From Bacteriovoracaceae bacterium (GTDB lineage Bacteria > Bdellovibrionota > Bacteriovoracia > Bacteriovoracales > Bacteriovoracaceae), in the NCBI GenBank assembly GCA_048270185.1, contig JBLWTJ010000001.1, forward strand, positions 640,001 through 704,000: a stretch of DNA of 64,000 nt, given 5' to 3'. The position numbers were made by a program, and so were the translations under genes. The notes beneath the pieces are model-generated. The model was not told the origin of the DNA. It was given only the letters and a program-made list of their open reading frames with translations, and ran no database searches. Below are positions 57,792-64,000 of the stretch, in pieces (position 1 is the first letter of the stretch; each line of letters begins with the position of its first letter).

Positions 57792-58487
57792 ATGAGTAAA
57801 GTAGACAAGGATGTCTTATTCGGAATGACCAAAGATCATCTTATCTTTGATGAATCGATTAATCGCTACTTCCATAAAGAATCCTATGAAGACTTTTTAA
57901 AATTCAAAGATGATGGCCTAAATGAAGAAATTGATATCTTTGTCACGAGCTCTTTTCGCTCCTTTGATGATCAACTAAGAATTTGGAATGAGAAGTGTGA
58001 GGGAAAGCGTCCAATCTATGATAGAGACGGTAAACAGCTAAACCAACAAGAGATGACACCTTCACAAATCGTAACAAGTATTATCAATTGGTCTGCCCTA
58101 CCGGGGACATCCCGCCATCATTGGGGCACAGAATTAGATGTCGTTGACGGCAATAGCTGGCCCGAAGGTTATCATATTCAATTAGTTCCTGAAGAGTTTA
58201 CACAAGGTGGACCATTTGCAGCTTTCAGTGTGTGGCTAAATCGTAAAATTCAGGAAGATAAGAGCTATTCTTATTATAGGCCATATCAAGAAGATCTTGG
58301 TGGTGTTGCGCCAGAAGCCTGGCATATAAGCTATGCCAATGTATCAAGAGACTATCACGAGCAATATACATATGAAATTTTTTGTGAATTACTTGAACAT
58401 CAGAAGATGCGCGAGCTTACTTACTTAGATGAAGTAAAAGCAAACTCGCAACAAATCTATTATCATTTCTTTAGGCTTTTAAAGTAA
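57792..58487 (+). CDS. M15 family D,D-carboxypeptidase (VanY-like)
   Basis: SSFRS-x2-Q, SALPGTSRHHWGTELD and EAWH. Confidence 0.92.
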   Translation: MSKVDKDVLFGMTKDHLIFDESINRYFHKESYEDFLKFKDDGLNEEIDIFVTSSFRSFDDQLRIWNEKCEGKRPIYDRDGKQLNQQEMTPSQIVTSIINWSALPGTSRHHWGTELDVVDGNSWPEGYHIQLVPEEFTQGGPFAAFSVWLNRKIQEDKSYSYYRPYQEDLGGVAPEAWHISYANVSRDYHEQYTYEIFCELLEHQKMRELTYLDEVKANSQQIYYHFFRLLK

Positions 58488-58923
58488 GTCCTACGGCCTT
58501 TAACCAATCAGGATCATGACTTAATAATTTTCTCTCTTTTAGATCAAAGAGCCCTGCCGTCATTGTAAAGTGTGTATAGACCTTTCCACTATCGTCAAAC
58601 ATCTCTTGCTCATAAACCAGGACGCGGCTATTCACAAATTGAGTTGCTCTTGAGCGAATCTTTACAACTTGCCTTAGTCTTAACTCTGACTTGAATTTGA
58701 TATTGATATCAAGAACAACTGGTCCTTTTTTTTCACGCATAATACGCTCCATTCCCCATCCATTCTTTGTAATCATATCCCAACGGGCCTGCTCAAAAAT
58801 AGTCAGGTAAGTAGCATTATTCATATGTCCAAAAGTATCGAGATGAGTCTCTTGAACAGTAAATTCATAGATTGATTCTTCAATATTATAATCTTCAATA
58901 GATAAGCTTTTTTGAGTACTCAT
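58471..58923 (-). CDS. Acyl-CoA thioesterase (YbgC/FadM hot-dog family)
   Basis: LDTFGHMNNATY-x3-E-AR. Confidence 0.9.
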   Translation of the reverse strand: MSTQKSLSIEDYNIEESIYEFTVQETHLDTFGHMNNATYLTIFEQARWDMITKNGWGMERIMREKKGPVVLDINIKFKSELRLRQVVKIRSRATQFVNSRVLVYEQEMFDDSGKVYTHFTMTAGLFDLKERKLLSHDPDWLKAVGLTLKA

Positions 58924-59078
58924 ATTATCATCCTGTAAGTTATTAAAATCTTTGAATTGGCCATTATCATTGGCATTATTAAAATTTCATTTTATCTCGC
59001 AGATACTGAAAAATGAACATATTTCTAACTACTTATGTTGTGCAACACCCCTCAAAAGCTCAAATCATGCTTAAATAC

Positions 59079-59106
59079 TCAACTTTTCAAAGAAATTAAC
59101 CGATTA
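59079..59106 (+). promoter_or_regulatory. Putative sigma28 promoter
   Basis: TCAAC-N15-ACCGATTA upstream of the 686-aa secreted protein. Confidence 0.5.
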
Positions 59107-59152
59107 GAACTTATAATTTAAGTAAGCATAAAACCTAACTTTCGAGATATTT

Positions 59153-61213
59153 ATGAAAAAACCAACAAGAAAGATTTTATTCAACATCGCTTCCACGCTC
59201 TTCATTATTAGTCTAATGGGCCCTGCTCATGCTGAAATAATCAACCACCCATGTGTAGACGAAAACAATAATCACTATATGGTTGAAATCGAAGATAGTG
59301 TCCCTGAAGACGAGAGAGACAAGTACTGTATCAAAGACGATGGAGCTGCCGGTGCTGGGCTTCAAAGCCAAGGTAAAGAAGTTAGTGATAATGTTGATAA
59401 TAAGCCTCCAGCTCCTGTAAATAAAAAAGCTGTCCAAGAAGTTGGTGTGTGGGAAAAGTGTAGCGGTGAATCAGAAGGTGCCGATGCACTAAAAGATAAA
59501 ATCAAGAGTTGTTATAGCGCGACAGATCTAAATTTTAGTGAGGTTGCGACAAATAATATTATGGAAGGGACTGCGGCCGCTCAAAATTGTCAGCGCCTAC
59601 TCACTAAAGCCGTTGATAATATGACTTGGAAGCAGATCACAATGGAAACTTATGATCGTAAAATACCAACGTCATTAAATAATCCCAAAGCATTTGCAAA
59701 ACTTGTTGCAATCTATCTGAATAATTTATCAGGAATAAGCTCAGGAGAAGAGCCAAGTGATAGTAACATTAAAGATGCAACAAAGATGTCGATTAGCTGC
59801 CTTCAGCTTGCGGCAGCCGTTGGTCAAAATATGAAAGAAGGACGTGAGACAGAAGACGCCTATAGTGAAACGGAGAAACTCACTTCACTAGATGGCAAAA
59901 TTACTTGTAAAGTATCAGGTCTAGAAACTCTCGACTATGATGAATGTTCAAATCTTGTTCTTGCTCACAATGCCGCACAATTAGGTAAGACAGCAACCGC
60001 AACATACCAAACAATTTCGGCACAAGAGTTTCGTTCTGATCAACAAAATGATCTTCTTAATATGGACGGAACTGAAAACGTAACAACTGTTGCCCTTAAA
60101 GCGCAGAAAGATGGCCTAAATAAGCAACAAGAGATGGCCGAACAAAGACGTGCACTGGAGCTGGCAAGACTTGCAACAATTGGTGAGATGTCTCGCCAAA
60201 TTCCTACTTCTGAAGATTATTTTGATAATAGAAAGTTATGTGCTGATCCAATTGACCAAGCTAAAGATATTGCAAGTCAAATGGGAGTCGATCTAACTTC
60301 GGCTACAACAGCGGCCCTATGTTCAGAGAACTTTTTAAACGGTGGTTTTGCTTTCCTTAGAAATGGAGCTGCAAAGCGAGTCGGTTTTAGAATTATGGCC
60401 GAAGCAGGTATCGATGCTGCAGCTGAGACAATGTCGATTGAACAGCTTGGTAAACAAAAGAGTATGATAAATAATGCTATCGGAAAAATTGAAGGGATGG
60501 ATACAATCAAACTCCCTGAAGGTTTCTTTGATAATGAAGAAGTTTACGCACAATTTTGTTCAGTAAACCCTACTCATGCTCAGTGCCAGTCAGGTTACGG
60601 AGCAGCGACAAATGTACCTTCATTTGGCGATTATAATATGGGTGGCTTTGGAACAAATCAGGCTTACCAACAAAATGAAGACGAAGCAGTTGTAACTGCA
60701 ACGGCCGCTTCATCATCAGACCCAACAAGCGCTGGAGTAGAAACAGGAACTGCTGTTGATAAGAAGACAGTAGCAAGCGGACTGAATGGAAATTATGGTT
60801 CTGCAGCTTCGGTAAGTGAAGGTGGCCAATTAGCTCAAGGCTCAGGTGGCGGTGGTAGCTCTCCAGGAGGCGGAGGTGGTGGCGGTGGTTCATCAGCTGG
60901 CGGTGATGGACAAGGACAACCACAAGGAACAGGTTCAGTAAATGGAACGAAGGGACTTAGCTACGTTGGTGGTGGCGGACCTAGTTTCGTGGGAGGACGT
61001 GGAACATCGAGATCGAGAAAACCGTCTTCAGCAAACCCATTTAAGAATATGTTTAATAAGACAAAAGACCGTAACCTTAGTTCACTTAACTATAAAGGTA
61101 AGACGGCCATTGGTTCGAAGACAGGAAATCTCTTTGATCGAATTTCATCGGCCTATGACAAGGCAAATAACAGTGGTAACCTACTGAAATATGAAACGAA
61201 AACACTTGAATAA
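59153..61213 (+). CDS. Large secreted hypothetical protein with a Gly-rich linker
   Basis: Signal peptide (AHA), paired Cys, a poly-Gly/Ser region and C-terminal NLFDRISSAY. Confidence 0.8.
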   Translation: MKKPTRKILFNIASTLFIISLMGPAHAEIINHPCVDENNNHYMVEIEDSVPEDERDKYCIKDDGAAGAGLQSQGKEVSDNVDNKPPAPVNKKAVQEVGVWEKCSGESEGADALKDKIKSCYSATDLNFSEVATNNIMEGTAAAQNCQRLLTKAVDNMTWKQITMETYDRKIPTSLNNPKAFAKLVAIYLNNLSGISSGEEPSDSNIKDATKMSISCLQLAAAVGQNMKEGRETEDAYSETEKLTSLDGKITCKVSGLETLDYDECSNLVLAHNAAQLGKTATATYQTISAQEFRSDQQNDLLNMDGTENVTTVALKAQKDGLNKQQEMAEQRRALELARLATIGEMSRQIPTSEDYFDNRKLCADPIDQAKDIASQMGVDLTSATTAALCSENFLNGGFAFLRNGAAKRVGFRIMAEAGIDAAAETMSIEQLGKQKSMINNAIGKIEGMDTIKLPEGFFDNEEVYAQFCSVNPTHAQCQSGYGAATNVPSFGDYNMGGFGTNQAYQQNEDEAVVTATAASSSDPTSAGVETGTAVDKKTVASGLNGNYGSAASVSEGGQLAQGSGGGGSSPGGGGGGGGSSAGGDGQGQPQGTGSVNGTKGLSYVGGGGPSFVGGRGTSRSRKPSSANPFKNMFNKTKDRNLSSLNYKGKTAIGSKTGNLFDRISSAYDKANNSGNLLKYETKTLE

Positions 61214-61253
61214 ACTTAATTAATCACACGCATTCACAATATTTTATAGACAC

Positions 61254-61275
61254 TGGGGCCAATTTTTTGGCCCCA
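61254..61275 (+). terminator. Stem-loop/terminator
   Basis: TGGGGCCAA-tttt-TTGGCCCCA. Confidence 0.65.
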
Positions 61276-61320
61276 CTCTATTTCTGAACATTTGATTTCG
61301 GTAACTTATCAAAAATAAAT

Positions 61321-61337
61321 TTGGCACGTATCGTGTA
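61321..61337 (+). promoter_or_regulatory. Putative sigma54 promoter (variant -12)
   Basis: TTGGCACGTATCGTGTA has a perfect -24 element and GT instead of GC at -12. Confidence 0.5.
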
Positions 61338-61424
61338 TATGTAATAATGAGCTTACTGATGAGCCCATGACACGACACAACGTGGACAAGATGCAAATGA
61401 AAGTGCATATTTCAAGGAAGAGAT

Positions 61425-62648
61425 ATGAGTAATTCAAAGGAAGAAATGAATACTGTTCAAGAAATTTTATTAAGTGAATTAACACAATCAAAGAGCTACT
61501 TAGAAAGAATTCTCCATGCTACTTGTGAGTTAAGTGATACACACCTTGACCCTAAGGCACGTCTTGCTATTCAAGAGCTTAGTATGGGCTATGAGAAGCT
61601 TATTTGCGATATGTTAATCCCAAGTCACTATCCAGAACTAAGTCTTATTCATCAAAATAACTTCCGCCAGGGCCGTGAAAATATGCGCCTGATGAATAAC
61701 TTCATTGAAAGTTTTATTACTCTAGCTCCAAAGAATGAAGATGAGCTTGTCTCAGTCATTACTAGACTTATTAACTTCTCTTATAAGTATACAAGAGAGC
61801 TTCACCTAATTCTCATTGAAAGATCATCTCTTGATGTTGCCACTCCTCGTATGGGGCTTTTAAAGGCCATCGATATTAATGAGAAGAAAGAAATCGTCAT
61901 AGCAAATAAGCCTATTAAAAAAGGTCCATTCACACTTATCGAAGGTGGACGCAGTGATGAAGAAGATATTGAGTTTGAAGATGAAGTCGACTTCACTCCT
62001 CCTCTATTCTTCTTAGAGTCACTCGAAATTATTAATCTTGCAAATGCAAAGACAGCACCAATTCTTGGAATGAATGCCAAGCGAGAAGAAAAGTACGAAA
62101 AATATATTTCAGAGGCACACGTTCTCGTTGCAAAAAAAGATCTTGCTGGAGCACTAGAGCTCTTTGAGAAAGCAAGAGGTCACAAAGAAACAGCTGAAGT
62201 ACTAACTCTTATGGGATGGGTAACTTCACAAATGGGCAACTCTGAAGATGCAAAATCTCTATGTCTAAAGGCCATTGAAATTGATCCTGAATACGGTGCC
62301 CCTTATAATGACATGGGAACACTCCTTCTAAATGAAGGTCATATCAATGAGTCAATTAAGTGGTATGAATTAGCAAAGCGTGCTCCAAAGTACACAAACC
62401 GCGAGTATCCATATATCAATGCTGGCCGCGCCTATATGCAGTTAAATAACTTCGATAAGGCGATGGAAGAATTTGAAGTGGCCTTAAAACTCGTGCCAGA
62501 AAACCAAGAACTTCGCCACACTGTTAGCAAAATTCGCTCATCTGTCCAAAAAGGACAAGAGCGTCAAGATGCACATAAAGGCTTTAATAAGTTCAAAGTT
62601 GATTTCTCAACATCCAAAGGGGATAATGATAACCAACCAACACAATAA
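61425..62648 (+). CDS. Tetratricopeptide repeat protein
   Basis: C-terminal TPR motifs (AIEIDPEY-APYNDMG, PYINAGRAY, ALKLVP). Confidence 0.88.
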   Translation: MSNSKEEMNTVQEILLSELTQSKSYLERILHATCELSDTHLDPKARLAIQELSMGYEKLICDMLIPSHYPELSLIHQNNFRQGRENMRLMNNFIESFITLAPKNEDELVSVITRLINFSYKYTRELHLILIERSSLDVATPRMGLLKAIDINEKKEIVIANKPIKKGPFTLIEGGRSDEEDIEFEDEVDFTPPLFFLESLEIINLANAKTAPILGMNAKREEKYEKYISEAHVLVAKKDLAGALELFEKARGHKETAEVLTLMGWVTSQMGNSEDAKSLCLKAIEIDPEYGAPYNDMGTLLLNEGHINESIKWYELAKRAPKYTNREYPYINAGRAYMQLNNFDKAMEEFEVALKLVPENQELRHTVSKIRSSVQKGQERQDAHKGFNKFKVDFSTSKGDNDNQPTQ

Positions 62649-62671
62649 TTAAAAAGGTTTGGATATCATTT

Positions 62672-63448
62672 ATGCCAGAAGCAAAAGTTATTAAGAGAAA
62701 AGAGCTCGAAAAGTTTTTAAATAAGCACTTAAATATCTATGAGTACCAAGATTACGGCCCGAATGGGCTTCAAATCGAAGGGAAAGAAGAGATCTCAAAG
62801 ATTGCCTTTGCCGTTTCGGCCCAAAGAGACTCAATCACAAAAGCCTGTGAATGGGGAGCAGATGCCCTTATTGTTCACCACGGTCTATTTTGGAAATTCC
62901 ATGGCGTTAGAAAAATCACGGGAAGCTTTGCAAAGCGAGTAAAGCCTCTTATTCAAAATGATATTAATCTATTTGGTTACCACTTACCTCTTGATGCCCA
63001 TATCGAAGATGGAAATGCTGCGGGAATCGCCAAGGCCTTAGGCCTTACAGATCTTGCACCTTATGGTGATCACAAGGGAATGCCAACTGGCCTACAGGGA
63101 AAGTTTCCAACTCCCATAACTCCAATTGAGCTAAAAGAAAAATTAAAGGCCATCCTAAATCACGAAGTCATCCACAGTGAACCTAATGAAGAAAAAATCT
63201 CTTCAATGGGAATTATCACAGGTGGAGCAAACTCAGATTGGCGCTACTGTATTAGAGAAGGGCTTGATGCCTATCTGACAGGAGAGATGAGTGAACACGA
63301 TTGGCACGAGTCACGTGAAGAAGATATTCACTTCTATGCAGGTGGACATAATGCCACAGAGAGATTTGGTGTCTTAGCTCTTAAAGAATTAATTGAAAAA
63401 GAGTTTGGGTCAGAGTGTCTCTTTATTGACTCCTCTAACCCTGCTTAA
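62672..63448 (+). CDS. Nif3-like dinuclear metal centre protein (YbgI/DUF34)
   Basis: DY-PNGLQIEG, VHHGLFW, YHLPLDAH, TGE, GHNATE and C-terminal NPA. Confidence 0.95.
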   Translation: MPEAKVIKRKELEKFLNKHLNIYEYQDYGPNGLQIEGKEEISKIAFAVSAQRDSITKACEWGADALIVHHGLFWKFHGVRKITGSFAKRVKPLIQNDINLFGYHLPLDAHIEDGNAAGIAKALGLTDLAPYGDHKGMPTGLQGKFPTPITPIELKEKLKAILNHEVIHSEPNEEKISSMGIITGGANSDWRYCIREGLDAYLTGEMSEHDWHESREEDIHFYAGGHNATERFGVLALKELIEKEFGSECLFIDSSNPA

Positions 63449-63480
63449 GTAACTGCGAAATTGTTCGTCTCAGGAGTGAT

Positions 63481-63972
63481 CTACTTTCTTTTAAGAGAAA
63501 GCGTAATCACGAATTTTGCAACAGGCTCATCTCCTGAAATGTCAGGGCAAGTTGCGATAATATTAAGAGGAAGGTTGTGACGCTCATCACTTGCTAAGAC
63601 CTTCTCAACAAAAGCGTCAATTTCTTTACCTTGAGTACAAGTAAAGACAGTATCCCCTTCGGCCCTTTTTAAAAACTCAGCATGAAATTCTTTAAAGGCC
63701 AAAGAAACTCTCTTCCCCTTATCCATCGTTTTTTTCATAGCAGCAAAACCACCTGCAAGATCCGCACCGCAAGCAAGGGCACCAAAGTACATACTATTTA
63801 AATGATTCTTTGAACGACGAGATAGAGGGATTTTAATTGCTGTCACTTCTTCATTTAATTCAAGAACTGATGGACGAAGCCAAAAAATCATAGGAACTTT
63901 TGTTAGTCCAAATAGTCTAACAAAGGCAGTATTTCTTAAACCTTCAGGTAATTTATCTAAAACTTTTTTCAT
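63481..63972 (-). CDS. Hot-dog fold thioesterase-like protein (DUF4442/YiiD-like)
   Basis: NHLNSMYFGA-x4-D and FLKRAEGD. Confidence 0.8.
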   Translation of the reverse strand: MKKVLDKLPEGLRNTAFVRLFGLTKVPMIFWLRPSVLELNEEVTAIKIPLSRRSKNHLNSMYFGALACGADLAGGFAAMKKTMDKGKRVSLAFKEFHAEFLKRAEGDTVFTCTQGKEIDAFVEKVLASDERHNLPLNIIATCPDISGDEPVAKFVITLSLKRK

Positions 63973-64000
63973 TATTTATTTCCTTTTAATTCGAGTGTTC

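Noticed and set aside
61356..61402. Hammerhead ribozyme (CTGATGA...GAAA)
   Set aside because: No stem II can form between CTGATGA and GAAA, and I see no supporting stems I and III.

Overview
An AT-rich (roughly mid-30s % GC by eye) bacterial chromosome segment. Gene content suggests a predatory Bdellovibrionota (Halobacteriovorax/Bacteriovorax-like); this is inferred, not searched. Housekeeping genes include nadE (5'-truncated), tyrS, gltX, htpG, mce, hldD, tatC, map, aat, sucA-sucB-lpdA, apbE-nqrM and tRNA-Leu(TAA). They are interleaved with secreted or lipoprotein genes: a ~1,927-aa Ig/cadherin/YD-repeat adhesin, Cys-rich proteins, a papain-like peptidase, two permuted NlpC/P60 enzymes, an M15 peptidase, a lipase-like hydrolase, a Kazal protein and an orphan barstar. 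I see no transposase, integrase, prophage or CRISPR array. The most notable signal is a pair of ~125-nt structured non-coding elements at 46432-46777 whose stems differ by compensatory substitutions, embedded in a duplication of a gene's 3' end. Other observations are a pentapeptide-repeat gene flanked by near-identical terminators, strong GGCC over-representation, a rhomboid lacking its catalytic residues, an orphan degenerate NuoCD, a shared C-terminal FxxISxxY motif in two secreted proteins, and candidate sigma28, sigma54 and sigma32 promoters.
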